The notes: generated by a model from the sequence alone, not told the origin. A DNA stretch of 64,000 bases from Bacteriovoracaceae bacterium (GCA_965217035.1 OZ244226.1:2462146-2526145); one strand, 5' to 3'. Counted from the stretch's first letter, positions 10,486-20,513 are shown. Numbers and translations are program-made.

Positions 10486-11534
10486 AAAAAGTCATTTCTT
10501 ATCTCTTGACACCATTGAGTAAAGTTTGGGAATGGGGTTACTCTCTGAGGAGAACTCTTTATCGTTGGAGAGTTCTTAAGTCTTTTCGTGTGAGTGTTCC
10601 TGTTATTTCCATTGGCAATATTGCTTTTGGAGGAACAGGAAAAACACCTCTTGTTATATGGCTTGCGGAATATCTCAATCACCATAAGAAAAGAGTTCTT
10701 GTTCTTACTCGAGGTTATAAAGGGAAACTTGAGAATAGTTCAGGAGTGCTCCGTTCAGAAGATCGTTTTAAATCAGATGCTTCCCATTATGGAGATGAAC
10801 CTCTTTTGATTTCATACAAAATTAGTGAAGGTGCTGTCGTCGTAGGAAAGAAAAGATATAAAAATCTTGTAAAGTATTTTAAATCAGTACAACCCGATGT
10901 TGTTTTACTTGATGATGGTTTTCAACACCTTCAACTTCAAAGAGACCTTGATATAGTCCTAATCGACTCAACTCTACCACTTTCTCAATTCAAAACGGCC
11001 CCTCAAGGATATCTAAGAGAAGGAATAGGAGCTCTTAATGAGGCTGAAGTGATTCTCTTCACTAGAGAGAATCAGACGACAGAAACTCAGCGCTCTGAAA
11101 TAAAAAAACTTCTGACTGATAAAATTCAAAATAGACCTTTATGGGGAGGAGTGCAGTACCAGTTTGAAGGTTTTTTTGATTTTTCCCATACTAAACAAGA
11201 ATCAGATTCAACAAAAGGTATTGACTGCATTGCTGTTACAGGGATTGCAAATCCACAGTCCTTTTTTAACCTACTTAAAGAGCAGGGACTTAACCTCAAG
11301 GAAGAAATTACGTTCCCTGATCATTATTCCTTTGATGATCAAAGGATAGAGAAGATTCTCGATAAGTGTACTCAGGAAAATTATTATCTGCTTTGCACTG
11401 AAAAAGATATGGTTAAAATTAGAAGGAGAGTTAATTCTAATCTACTATTGTATGTGAAGATTGGGATGAATTTTTCTCACGGAGAAGAACAATTAAAACA
11501 AAAAATCGATCATTTATGCGAAATTTCTTCTTAA
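10482..11534 (+). CDS. lpxK: Tetraacyldisaccharide 4'-kinase
   Basis: IGNIAFGGTGKTP, TRGY, GDEP, DDGFQH, FPDHY, CTEKDMVK. Confidence 0.95.
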   Translation: MKKVISYLLTPLSKVWEWGYSLRRTLYRWRVLKSFRVSVPVISIGNIAFGGTGKTPLVIWLAEYLNHHKKRVLVLTRGYKGKLENSSGVLRSEDRFKSDASHYGDEPLLISYKISEGAVVVGKKRYKNLVKYFKSVQPDVVLLDDGFQHLQLQRDLDIVLIDSTLPLSQFKTAPQGYLREGIGALNEAEVILFTRENQTTETQRSEIKKLLTDKIQNRPLWGGVQYQFEGFFDFSHTKQESDSTKGIDCIAVTGIANPQSFFNLLKEQGLNLKEEITFPDHYSFDDQRIEKILDKCTQENYYLLCTEKDMVKIRRRVNSNLLLYVKIGMNFSHGEEQLKQKIDHLCEISS

Positions 11535-12580
11535 CTCTATTGCTCGTTGCATGTTCTTCTTCTGAAGATTCAAAAGGGCCAGTATATGAACATAAACCAG
11601 CAGAAATCAAAGAAATAGAAGACCATCTTAAGAATAAGTTTAAGACGGTTAGGAAAGAAGAGCCTAAACCAAAAAAAGAAGAAATTATTGAAGAGGCAGT
11701 TCCCTCAGAAGATAAAAATGAGATCAAAGTCAAAGAGTCAGAAAAGAAAGAGAAGAAAGTTGAAGAAGAGATTGTTCTGGAGAAAAATCCAGAGGTAAAA
11801 CTCCCTTCGGTAAAAACACTCTCTGAAGCTGATAAAAAATCCAAAAAATTTTGGGATTTGTTTGATTCTAAGTATATCTATATTGGAGAAGAGAGCGTTC
11901 TCAGTGCAACTTATCTTGGAGTTCACGCAGGAGATCTTTCTGTAAAAGTTAAACAGAGAGCGAAAGTAGGCGATGATGATGTTTATTATTTCTACGCACG
12001 TGCAACCTCTGCGAAATTTTATAAATGGGTTTATCAAATTGATGATGTTGTTGAATCTTTTGTCACAGTAAAGGATTTTGTTCCTCTTAAATATTCTCTC
12101 TCTCAGAAAGAGTCTAAAAAAACAGTCGATCATATTGAGCTCTATGATAGACAGAAATTAATGACTTACTTTCGCTACAAGAAGGTGAAAGGTGAGAAGA
12201 TTTCTTTTAAAAAAGAGGATACTGAAATCCCTTATTTCTCACAGGATTTCTTGTCGGCCTTCTTTTTTATTCGTGGGATGCCTCTAAGAAATAAAGATAT
12301 TTACCTCATTCCAACAACGACAAAGAGTAAAACCTGGACGATGAGAGCAGAAGTTATAAAGCGCGAACGTATACGCCTTTCTTCTCATGGGTTCTTTAAA
12401 GCAATTAAGTTAAGAATTATTACAAAGTATGACGGAGAAATTGCAAAGCAAGGCGATATGCTTGTTTGGATTTCAAATGATAAGTATAGGAGAATTTTGA
12501 AATTTAAATCGGACTTTAAGATTGGTGCCGTAACAGGAGAACTTCAATCTTATGTTTTAAAAGGGAAGAAAATCCTTTAA
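11516..12580 (+). CDS. DUF3108-like lipoprotein
   Basis: Lipobox LVAC, Glu/Lys-rich linker, then GEE..YLGVHAG, DFLSAFFFIRG, VWISNDKYR pattern typical of DUF3108. Confidence 0.65.
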   Translation: MRNFFLTLLLVACSSSEDSKGPVYEHKPAEIKEIEDHLKNKFKTVRKEEPKPKKEEIIEEAVPSEDKNEIKVKESEKKEKKVEEEIVLEKNPEVKLPSVKTLSEADKKSKKFWDLFDSKYIYIGEESVLSATYLGVHAGDLSVKVKQRAKVGDDDVYYFYARATSAKFYKWVYQIDDVVESFVTVKDFVPLKYSLSQKESKKTVDHIELYDRQKLMTYFRYKKVKGEKISFKKEDTEIPYFSQDFLSAFFFIRGMPLRNKDIYLIPTTTKSKTWTMRAEVIKRERIRLSSHGFFKAIKLRIITKYDGEIAKQGDMLVWISNDKYRRILKFKSDFKIGAVTGELQSYVLKGKKIL

Positions 12581-12606
12581 AAATCTTCTTCCCAATATAA
12601 TTAACT

Positions 12607-13095
12607 TTAGTTACCCCAGTCACCGTTCCAGTCGTCATCATTGCCCCAGTCACCATTTCCTGGCCAATCATTGTTCCAGTCGTCGTCCCACCCACCATCT
12701 TTTGATGGATAGTATTTACATTCGACATCCTGATTATTGATGAATCCCTCGTTCATTGTCAGAATTCCTTTAAGTGTCGATCCATCCCATTCTTTTTTAG
12801 CAGCATTGATACTTACAGAAATGTTTTTCCCTTTATTACTTTTTTGATTAACGAATGAGAAAAAGAAAATAGTGTCTTGCGCTGAGAAATCGATATCGTT
12901 TTCATCTAAGATAACAGTCGTTGGGCTCCCCATTTCAGTCAGTTTTTTAAATCTGACTAAATTATTGCCACTATCTTGTTCGATTATATAAAGTGTTTCT
13001 GTCATATCATCTGATTCAGTAGCCTTACAAATAATAGTGATATCATCATTTGCGAAAACATTAGCGGATAGTAATAATAAAAGAAGAAATTTCAT
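12607..13095 (-). CDS. Secreted hypothetical protein with Trp/Asp/Asn/Gly-rich tail
   Basis: Signal peptide MKFLLLLLLSANVFA, SD AGGAG, two Cys. Confidence 0.8.
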   Translation of the reverse strand: MKFLLLLLLSANVFANDDITIICKATESDDMTETLYIIEQDSGNNLVRFKKLTEMGSPTTVILDENDIDFSAQDTIFFFSFVNQKSNKGKNISVSINAAKKEWDGSTLKGILTMNEGFINNQDVECKYYPSKDGGWDDDWNNDWPGNGDWGNDDDWNGDWGN

Positions 13096-13190
13096 TTTAA
13101 GCTCCTGGTATAATTTTTTAAGTTGATATTACTCAAGATAATCTTCAGCAAGATAGTCTGTATTATTTTCATAAGATAAGATGTGGTTTG

Positions 13191-14030
13191 ATGAACTATC
13201 TTTTACTATTAATCGCTGCTTTGTTTTGGGGCTTAGGTTTTATCGGAACCCGTTGGACCTTTGAGGCCTTCAGCCCACTTTGGGCTCACGCAGTGCGTTT
13301 TTTTCTTTCAGGTGTTCTTGTTCTTCCGCTCCTCATTAGGAATCATAAAAAACTCCATTTAAAAGAAGCTTTTATCGCCTCACTTTTTTTAGGAGGAGGA
13401 CTCATCCTTCAAACCTACGGGCTCGATCTTACGACAGTCGCGAAGAGTGGCTTTCTTACAACCTTTTATGTGATTTTTACTCCAGTGATTTTAGGTTTTC
13501 TTAATAAGGTTCGCTATCCGAAGATTTTCTGGTTTTCTGTTGCTCTTTCTATGTTGGGGATGGCGATGCTATGTGAGCTGAGTTTTGAAAAATTGAATTT
13601 AGGAGATTGGCTCACTATGGGATGTGCTCTTGTTTTCTCTTTTCATATTATTTACGTGGATAAGCAGGCCAAGAAAGTTGATCCTTTTCTTTTTAACGGG
13701 CTTCAATGTTTTTATATGGGATTATGGGGAAGTGGAATTGCTCTCATCGCTGATGGAGTTCCGTCGCCTTTTGAGATGACAACTCAATTGCTTTGGGCCT
13801 TTGTTATTGTTTCCCTGTTTTCTGCCTTGATCGCTTTTACAATTCAAGTAAAGGCCCAAAAAACGATTCCTCCTCATATAGTGGGAATGACCTTTCTTTT
13901 GGAATCTCCTTTTGCTGCGATCTTTGGTTATTTCTTTTTTGGAGAAACTCTTTCTACTCTTGCGATCTTTGGAGCTGTGGTTGTTCTTCTTTCTCTTTGC
14001 ATTCTCATTTGGAGTCAATCACGTGTCTAG
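13191..14030 (+). CDS. EamA/DMT family transporter
   Basis: Ten hydrophobic segments in two repeats, FWG...RF, LESPFAAIFGY..FGE. Confidence 0.9.
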   Translation: MNYLLLLIAALFWGLGFIGTRWTFEAFSPLWAHAVRFFLSGVLVLPLLIRNHKKLHLKEAFIASLFLGGGLILQTYGLDLTTVAKSGFLTTFYVIFTPVILGFLNKVRYPKIFWFSVALSMLGMAMLCELSFEKLNLGDWLTMGCALVFSFHIIYVDKQAKKVDPFLFNGLQCFYMGLWGSGIALIADGVPSPFEMTTQLLWAFVIVSLFSALIAFTIQVKAQKTIPPHIVGMTFLLESPFAAIFGYFFFGETLSTLAIFGAVVVLLSLCILIWSQSRV

Positions 14031-14156
14031 TTAAATAGGACATAGTTTTAAAAAGAAAAAGTTTCATTTTCGCTGTAAGATTTTCACCACTGATTGAAGA
14101 GATATCTGATTTGCTGCTATAAGGTTCTAATATTTTGATCTTATTAGGAGTAGAGT

Positions 14157-14561
14157 GTGAAAAAACTCATTTCACTTTTGTTGGTCTTAAATAGCTTTGC
14201 AACTTATGCTATTGACGATTTTATCGACGTCTTAAGCTGTAATGCGAGTGATGATAATGAAGTCAGCTTCATTATTTCTAAATCTGAAGATACTTACTTT
14301 TTAAAAGCGGTAAAAAATGGTTCTGTTTCAAAGATTGAAAAACTTACTACTTGGAGCGGAGATATGGGCTACCTTAGTTATGAGTTTGAAGTCAGTGAAA
14401 ACAGGGTTGGGGACTTTGTTAATGCTTACTCGATTTATGTCTATAATAACGAAGAGGATATCGATAATCCTGAAGATGCTATTATTACAGGTGGAGAGAT
14501 CGAGAATGAAGCAGGGGATGTATATTACGAATGTATGACTCTTGGAGAGCATAAGATCTAA
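14157..14561 (+). CDS. Secreted acidic hypothetical protein
   Basis: SD AGGAG, GTG start, signal peptide, two Cys. Confidence 0.8.
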   Translation: MKKLISLLLVLNSFATYAIDDFIDVLSCNASDDNEVSFIISKSEDTYFLKAVKNGSVSKIEKLTTWSGDMGYLSYEFEVSENRVGDFVNAYSIYVYNNEEDIDNPEDAIITGGEIENEAGDVYYECMTLGEHKI

Positions 14562-14601
14562 GAATCACTTAATCTTGCGCTGTGCATTTTCTTAAAAATT
14601 C

Positions 14602-14630
14602 TTGACTCATCTATCCATAGTCACTATTCT
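14602..14630 (+). promoter_or_regulatory. Sigma-70-type promoter of rpsA
   Basis: TTGACT-N17-TATTCT. Confidence 0.6.
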
Positions 14631-14703
14631 GCCAACTCATTTCCAGTAGGAAATCTAATGCTACCGAAGCCGCTCCTGCGGTTTTCAAAAAGAGGTAAAT
14701 CAA

Positions 14704-16434
14704 ATGACAAAAGGAACTATCCCGGGCTGGGTTGATCAGTTCGACGTCGTCACGACATTTGACGATGACACAGAAAACACAAAGGACATTGACGCGTTTT
14801 TAGGCGCTGATGGTGCTCCGAAAGAATTCACTGAAGGTGAAGTCTTTAAAGGACTCGTTGTAGGAATCAACGATGACTTTGTAACTATCGACATTGGTTA
14901 CAAACAAGAAGGTCTTGTATTTGCTAAAGAATTCAAGAATTACGATGGAACGTTAAAAGTAAAACAAGGCGATGAGATCGACGTTTATGTTGAGAAGCTC
15001 GAGTCTGCATTAGGAAACCTTGTTCTTTCTAAAGACAAGGCGGAAATCCTTCAGGCTTGGGATCGAATCTCAGAAGCTTGTGAAAATGGAAACCCTGTTC
15101 AAGGGACTGTTATGGCGAAGGTTAAAGGTGGCCTTTCGGTTGATATCGGAGTTAAGGCTTTCCTTCCAGGTTCGCAAGTTGATCTTAGAGCTGTGAAAAA
15201 TCTTGATAAGTACCTTGGTAAGACAATGGAATTCAAGGTTATCAAGTTTAATAAGAAAAGAGGGAACATTGTTCTTTCTAGAAGAGCAATCCTTTCTGAA
15301 GAAAGAGATAAACTAAGAGGAGAAACTCTTGGTCAAATTCAAGAAGGAATGATTGTTAAAGGAATTGTTAAAAATATTACTGATTATGGTGTGTTTATCG
15401 ACCTTGGTGGTGTTGATGGTCTTCTTCACATCACTGATATGTCTTGGGGACGTGTGAAGCACCCAAGTAATATCCTTTCTGTTGGTGATGAAATTGATGT
15501 TAAGATTCTTAAGTACGATTCATCGAAAGAAAGAGTTTCTCTTGGACTTAAGCAAGTTCAGCCAAACCCTTGGGAATCTGCTCAAGACAAATATACCGTT
15601 GGATCTAAAGTTGCTGGTGAAGTTGTTAGCATTAAAGATTACGGTGTTTTCCTAGAGCTTGATGATGGAATTGAAGGCCTTATCCATGTTTCAGAAATGA
15701 GCTGGACTCAAAAGCCTAAAAATCCATCTAAAGAATACGCAGTGGGTGACAGGGTTGAAGCTGTTGTTGTTGAAGTTGATGTAGAAAACAAGCGTATCTC
15801 TCTTGGGGTGAAACAACTTCTTCCTAACCCATGGGATGGAATTGAAGCGAAGTTCTCTGCAGGAATGATCGTTGAAGGAACTGTAAAATCAATTGTTGAT
15901 TTTGGCGCTTTCGTTGATCTTGGAGAAGAAGTTGATGCTCTTATCCACGTTTCTGATATTTCTTGGACGAAGAAAAATATCAATGCAAACGAGTTCTTTA
16001 GCGACGGTCAATCAGTTAAAGGTGTTGTTTTAATCGTTGATAGAGAAAATCAAAAATTCTGTATCGGTATCAAGCAACTTGAGGAAGATCCTTGGAAGCG
16101 TATCGATGAAAGAATGCCTGTCGGTTCACAGGCTGAAGGTGAAGTTGTCAGAGTCACTGAATTCGGCGCTTTCGTTGAGCTAGAAACAGGAATTGAAGGG
16201 ATGATTCATATTTCTGAACTTTCTGAAGAGAGAGTTGAGAAAGCGACTGACGTTATCAATAAAGGTGATACGGTTAAGCCGGTTGTTATCAGTATTGATA
16301 AAGAAGCGAAAAAGATCGCTCTTTCACTTAAGGCTGCCTCTGGAGACATGGGTAGTTATAAGCCGGAGAAAGTTGAAGCAGCCACTTTAGCTGATAAACT
16401 TCAAGGTTTTAGTCTTAATAACGACGAAGAATAA
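14704..16434 (+). CDS. rpsA: 30S ribosomal protein S1
   Basis: Six S1 repeats (AFLPGSQVD, DGLLHITDMSW, EGLIHVSEMSW). Confidence 0.98.
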   Translation: MTKGTIPGWVDQFDVVTTFDDDTENTKDIDAFLGADGAPKEFTEGEVFKGLVVGINDDFVTIDIGYKQEGLVFAKEFKNYDGTLKVKQGDEIDVYVEKLESALGNLVLSKDKAEILQAWDRISEACENGNPVQGTVMAKVKGGLSVDIGVKAFLPGSQVDLRAVKNLDKYLGKTMEFKVIKFNKKRGNIVLSRRAILSEERDKLRGETLGQIQEGMIVKGIVKNITDYGVFIDLGGVDGLLHITDMSWGRVKHPSNILSVGDEIDVKILKYDSSKERVSLGLKQVQPNPWESAQDKYTVGSKVAGEVVSIKDYGVFLELDDGIEGLIHVSEMSWTQKPKNPSKEYAVGDRVEAVVVEVDVENKRISLGVKQLLPNPWDGIEAKFSAGMIVEGTVKSIVDFGAFVDLGEEVDALIHVSDISWTKKNINANEFFSDGQSVKGVVLIVDRENQKFCIGIKQLEEDPWKRIDERMPVGSQAEGEVVRVTEFGAFVELETGIEGMIHISELSEERVEKATDVINKGDTVKPVVISIDKEAKKIALSLKAASGDMGSYKPEKVEAATLADKLQGFSLNNDEE

Positions 16435-16448
16435 TCGTTATCTAATAC

Positions 16449-16477
16449 AGAGGGCCTCTTCGGAGGCTCTTTTTTTT
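16449..16477 (+). terminator. Rho-independent terminator after rpsA
   Basis: agagggcctc-ttcg-gaggctct + T-run. Confidence 0.9.
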
Positions 16478-16555
16478 GTAAAAAGTACAATTTTCCCATT
16501 CCTTCTTTAATTGATGCTATAGATCCTACGAAGAAAATTTTTATTGGGAGAGTGT

Positions 16556-17047
16556 ATGAAAACATTGATCTTTTTATCAATCATTATTTCAACAAATATC
16601 TTTTCAAAGTCTCAAGTCGTAGAGTGTAAGAATGGAGATAATTATGATGTTACTCTTAGTTTCGAAATTCCGACCACTCCTTATACTCCAATCTCGCAAG
16701 CTGAAATTGAATACCGCGGAGAGGATTTAATTGAAGACCTTTATCCTGGTCAAACAACAGGAGACAGTACTGGGGACTATTCGAGTATGAAGATCCTCAA
16801 TAAGAATTTTGGTGGTGTTGATTATATTTCCTTTCAAGGGAATGGTTGGAACCCTGCTTATGATGATCCAAATTTTTATGCCGTTGTTATCCCTGTATCA
16901 GCAATTGGGGAGAATTTAAAAAATGGTCAAGTAGACGTTTTTCTTTCTGCTTATGATGGCTCCATTGGAGATGATGCAGAAGCTGCATATAAGGATGCAA
17001 TGGATCAAGGACCTACCGCAAATTGCTGGACCTACGTTCAAAACTAA
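16556..17047 (+). CDS. Secreted acidic hypothetical protein
   Basis: SD GGGAG, ATG 16556, signal peptide MKTLIFLSIIISTNIFS, two Cys, own terminator. Confidence 0.8.
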   Translation: MKTLIFLSIIISTNIFSKSQVVECKNGDNYDVTLSFEIPTTPYTPISQAEIEYRGEDLIEDLYPGQTTGDSTGDYSSMKILNKNFGGVDYISFQGNGWNPAYDDPNFYAVVIPVSAIGENLKNGQVDVFLSAYDGSIGDDAEAAYKDAMDQGPTANCWTYVQN

Positions 17048-17054
17048 TATAACC

Positions 17055-17083
17055 AAAAGCCCTCTTTGAGAGGGCTTTTTTTT
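17055..17083 (+). terminator. Rho-independent terminator (bidirectional-type)
   Basis: aaaagccctct-ttg-agagggctttttttt. Confidence 0.9.
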
Positions 17084-17110
17084 ACTCTTATTTCTGATAT
17101 TATCTCTTCC

Positions 17111-17446
17111 ATGAGCGACAAACACGATCATGATGGCGGAGAGCCGGGCGAAAAAACTGATATAATGACTTTACCTAAAACCAAGGTACAACAACCTCGG
17201 ATGTATAAGGTCATCATGCACAATGACGATTACACCACAATGGATTTTGTTATTCATATTCTGAAAAGATTTTTCAATAAAAATGATAGAGAGTCTCATT
17301 CTATCATGCTCAAGATTCATAATGATGGTCAGGCGATTTGTGGTATTTTTACTTATGAAATTGCTGAATCAAAAGTTATGAAGGTGAATCGCTATTCAAG
17401 GGAGAAAGGGCACCCTTTGAAAACAAGTACAGAGCCAGCCGATTAA
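17111..17446 (+). CDS. clpS: ATP-dependent Clp protease adaptor ClpS
   Basis: YKVIMHNDDYTTMDFV, MLKIHNDGQA, HPL; ATG 17111 (the TTG at 17066 lies inside the terminator). Confidence 0.95.
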   Translation: MSDKHDHDGGEPGEKTDIMTLPKTKVQQPRMYKVIMHNDDYTTMDFVIHILKRFFNKNDRESHSIMLKIHNDGQAICGIFTYEIAESKVMKVNRYSREKGHPLKTSTEPAD

Positions 17447-17534
17447 TATTCCTCATTCTTTCACTAAGAGTTAGCTCCGTATCCTGCTAGCTTAGTCCTA
17501 TTTAGGGCACCACATATATAAACGAACTTTACTA

Positions 17535-17564
17535 CCCTTGCGATGTCTAAAAATGCTACCATAT
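17535..17564 (+). promoter_or_regulatory. Possible sigma-32-like promoter of clpA
   Basis: CCCTTGCGA-N13-TACCATAT resembles the heat-shock consensus CTTGAA-N13/14-CCCCATAT. Confidence 0.35.
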
Positions 17565-17583
17565 TAATAGGAGAGGTATACGT

Positions 17584-19932
17584 ATGATCAGTGGCGATTT
17601 AGAAATTATTTTTAATAAATCCATCAAGTTAGCGAATGAGAAAAATCACGAATTTCTCACCTTAGAGAATGTTCTTTTGGGGATGCTTATCGATCCTGTT
17701 GTTGAGCAATGTCTCTCTGAAATTGGAGCAGATATTAATAAGCTAGAAGAAGAGCTTATGAGTTTTATAGATGAAGATAAAAACTTCTCGATTCTCTCTG
17801 AAGAAGAAATAGAAGAGTTGAATCAAAAGCAATTTGCTAATGATCATCTTAGGAAAGTTGCTGAAGAGAATGGTGTTCGTTATCAACCGGAAATTAGCAT
17901 GGCCCTTCAGCGCGTGATTCAACGAGCGGCTCTTCATGTTCAATCTTCTGGAAAAAAATCCATTCAACCTATTAATCTTCTTGTTGCAATGTTTAGTGAA
18001 AAAGAATCACATGCAGTCTATTTCTTAGAAAAGCAAGGAGTGACAAGAATTCAGGTTGTTGAAAAAGTGGCACATGGTTTTGATAAAGCAACTAATAAAC
18101 AAATAGAGGGAGGCTTTGATCCTCTCAAAAAGCAAGAGAAGTTTGAAAAAGCACTCGCAGAATTTACTGTAAACCTAACAAAACAAGCAGCAGAGGGAAA
18201 GATCGATCCAATTATTGGGCGAGAATCTGAAATTAAAAGAATGACTCAAATACTTAGTCGTCGTAGGAAAAATAATCCAATTTTAGTAGGAGATTCTGGA
18301 GTCGGTAAGACTGCTATTGCGGAAGGACTTGCGTTGAAGATCTACGAGGGAAATGTTCCTGAACAATTAAAAGAGACAGAGATTTTTGCTCTTGATATGG
18401 CATCCTTATTAGCAGGGACAAAATTTAGAGGAGACTTTGAAGAGAGATTGAAAATTGTTGTTCAAGCTTTAAAAGGTGACCAAGGAAGTAAGAAAATCCT
18501 TTTTATCGATGAAATTCATACTATTATTGGTGCGGGGTCCACGAGCGGCGGAAGCTTAGATGCTTCTAATTTGCTGAAACCTGCTCTTAGTAAAGGTGAG
18601 CTCCGATGTATAGGAAGTACAACTTATGATGAATTTCGTAAATTCTTTGAAAAAGACCAAGCCCTTACCCGAAGGTTTCAGAAAGTAGACGTTGAAGAGC
18701 CATCAAAAGAAGATACTGTTCGTATATTAGAAGGACTTAAGTCAAAATTTGAGGACCATCACAGCGTTATCTATTCTTCTGAGGTCCTTAGGACTGCTGT
18801 TGAACTTGCAACGAAGCATTTACATGAGAGAAAGCACCCTGATAGGGCGATTGATGTCATTGATGAGGTCGGAGCATATCTTAATCTCTTACCAGCTGAT
18901 GAGAAGCGCTCAGAGGTTACAACGGCTGATATTGAGTACATTATTTCGATGATGGCACGAATTCCTGAAAAATCTGTTTCCGTTCATGAAAAAGATAAAC
19001 TTAAAAATCTCGAGCGTGACCTGAAACTTTTAATTTATGGACAAGACAATGCCGTAGAGAAAGTAAGTAATGCAATTATTCTTTCAAGATCAGGTTTGAG
19101 AGATGAAAATAAACCTATTGCTTCTTTTCTTTTCACAGGACCAACTGGTGTCGGGAAAACAGAACTTGCTAAGCAATTGAGTCATATTCTTGGTCTTCAT
19201 TTTGAAAGAGTTGATATGTCCGAATATATGGAAAAGCATAGTGTGGCAAAATTAATTGGCGCTCCTCCTGGCTATGTAGGATTTGATCAAGGTGGAATTC
19301 TTACTGAAAATATTAATAAACACCCATACTGTGTTCTTCTTCTTGATGAGATTGAGAAAGCACATCCGGATATTTTTAATATCCTTCTCCAGGTGATGGA
19401 TCATGGAAAGTTAACTGATTCCAATGGAAGAACAACTGACTTTAGAAATGTTGTCGTTATCATGACGAGTAATGCAGGTGCGAAGGAATATGAATCAGGA
19501 AGTATAGGGCTTAGTGAAGGGAGTACTGAAGTTAATACAGTTAAGCGAGATCAGGCCATAAAGCGCTATTTTACTCCTGAGTTTAGAAATAGACTGGATT
19601 CGATTATTAATTTTAACAAGCTTGAACAAAGTAATATAGATAGCGTTGTGAAAAAGTTTCTTATGGAAGTTGAAAATCAACTCCTTGAGAAAGGTTATGA
19701 TTTGGAAATAGATAAAGCCGTTGTTTCATGGATTGCAGTTGAAGGATTTGATTCCAAATTAGGAGCGAGACCACTTGCTCGAGTTATTAATGAGAAAGTT
19801 AAGAAGCCTTTAGCGAATGAATTACTCTTTGGTAATTTTAAAAAGGGTGGAAAAATTCTTGTTAAGCTTGAAGGAAATGAAATTAAATTTGAATTTAAAG
19901 AACAAAAAACACGAGAAAGCGTCAAAAATTAA
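17584..19932 (+). CDS. clpA: ATP-dependent Clp protease ATP-binding subunit ClpA
   Basis: Two AAA+ modules ([16 protein letters not shown]), no ClpB coiled coil, IGL loop, follows clpS. Confidence 0.95.
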   Translation: MISGDLEIIFNKSIKLANEKNHEFLTLENVLLGMLIDPVVEQCLSEIGADINKLEEELMSFIDEDKNFSILSEEEIEELNQKQFANDHLRKVAEENGVRYQPEISMALQRVIQRAALHVQSSGKKSIQPINLLVAMFSEKESHAVYFLEKQGVTRIQVVEKVAHGFDKATNKQIEGGFDPLKKQEKFEKALAEFTVNLTKQAAEGKIDPIIGRESEIKRMTQILSRRRKNNPILVGDSGVGKTAIAEGLALKIYEGNVPEQLKETEIFALDMASLLAGTKFRGDFEERLKIVVQALKGDQGSKKILFIDEIHTIIGAGSTSGGSLDASNLLKPALSKGELRCIGSTTYDEFRKFFEKDQALTRRFQKVDVEEPSKEDTVRILEGLKSKFEDHHSVIYSSEVLRTAVELATKHLHERKHPDRAIDVIDEVGAYLNLLPADEKRSEVTTADIEYIISMMARIPEKSVSVHEKDKLKNLERDLKLLIYGQDNAVEKVSNAIILSRSGLRDENKPIASFLFTGPTGVGKTELAKQLSHILGLHFERVDMSEYMEKHSVAKLIGAPPGYVGFDQGGILTENINKHPYCVLLLDEIEKAHPDIFNILLQVMDHGKLTDSNGRTTDFRNVVVIMTSNAGAKEYESGSIGLSEGSTEVNTVKRDQAIKRYFTPEFRNRLDSIINFNKLEQSNIDSVVKKFLMEVENQLLEKGYDLEIDKAVVSWIAVEGFDSKLGARPLARVINEKVKKPLANELLFGNFKKGGKILVKLEGNEIKFEFKEQKTRESVKN

Positions 19933-20121
19933 TCACTTTTTCTAAGTTTCTAACTGTTTTTTGTAATTTTTGTTCTGTTTTTTCCATTTTTTGGTAAAAA
20001 ATCTAAAAATTAAGAAAAAAATTATCGTTTTTAACTGTTTTTTGAATTTTCGTTAAAAAAAATTAAAAACTTCCGATCATTAAAAAAAGTAAAAAAATAC
20101 TAAAAAAATTGTTTTTTTCCA

Positions 20122-20150
20122 TTGCGCTAAAATAAAATTGTGTTTATGCT
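20122..20150 (+). promoter_or_regulatory. Sigma-70-type promoter of the histone-like gene
   Basis: TTGCGC-N17-TATGCT, preceded by phased A/T tracts. Confidence 0.6.
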
Positions 20151-20186
20151 TTTCATATACCAAAGTTTTTTATTGGGAGGAAGATT

Positions 20187-20513
20187 ATGGCAGTAAAAAG
20201 AAAAAAGAAAGCTACTAAGAAGAAAGCTTCTAAAAAGAAGACAACTAAAAGAAAAGTAGCTAAGAAAAAGAAAACAACAAAAAGAAAAGTAGCTAAGAAA
20301 AAGACTAAGAAAAAAGCTACTAAGAAGAAAAAGGCGACTAAGAAAAAAGCCACTAAAAAGAAAAAGGCGACTAAGAAAAAAGCCACTAAAAAGAAAAAGG
20401 CGACTAAGAAAAAAGCTACTAAAAAGAAGAAAGCCGCCAAGAAAAAGCCAGCTAAGAAAAAAGCTGCTAAGAAAAAGCCAGCTAAGAAAAAAGCTGCTAA
20501 GAAAAAGAAGTAA
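20187..20513 (+). CDS. Lysine-rich histone H1-like (nucleoid-condensing) protein
   Basis: SD GGAGG; almost entirely K/A/T/R/P with KKATK and KKPAK repeats, no acidic residue; own promoter and terminator. Confidence 0.85.
   Translation: MAVKRKKKATKKKASKKKTTKRKVAKKKKTTKRKVAKKKTKKKATKKKKATKKKATKKKKATKKKATKKKKATKKKATKKKKAAKKKPAKKKAAKKKPAKKKAAKKKK
20325..20498 (+). repeat. Tandem repeats inside histone-like gene (3 x 33 bp, then 2 x 30 bp)
   Basis: aagaaaaaggcgactaagaaaaaagc(c/t)actaaa at 20325/20358/20391; aagaaaaagccagctaagaaaaaagctgct at 20439/20469. Confidence 0.9.

Noticed and set aside
20153..20440. Minus-strand Phe/Leu-rich 95-aa ORF with repeats
   Set aside because: Antisense shadow of the Lys-rich gene, which has promoter, SD and terminator
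20325..20498. Regularly spaced repeats as a possible CRISPR array
   Set aside because: Tandem, codon-multiple units with no unique spacers and no cas genes
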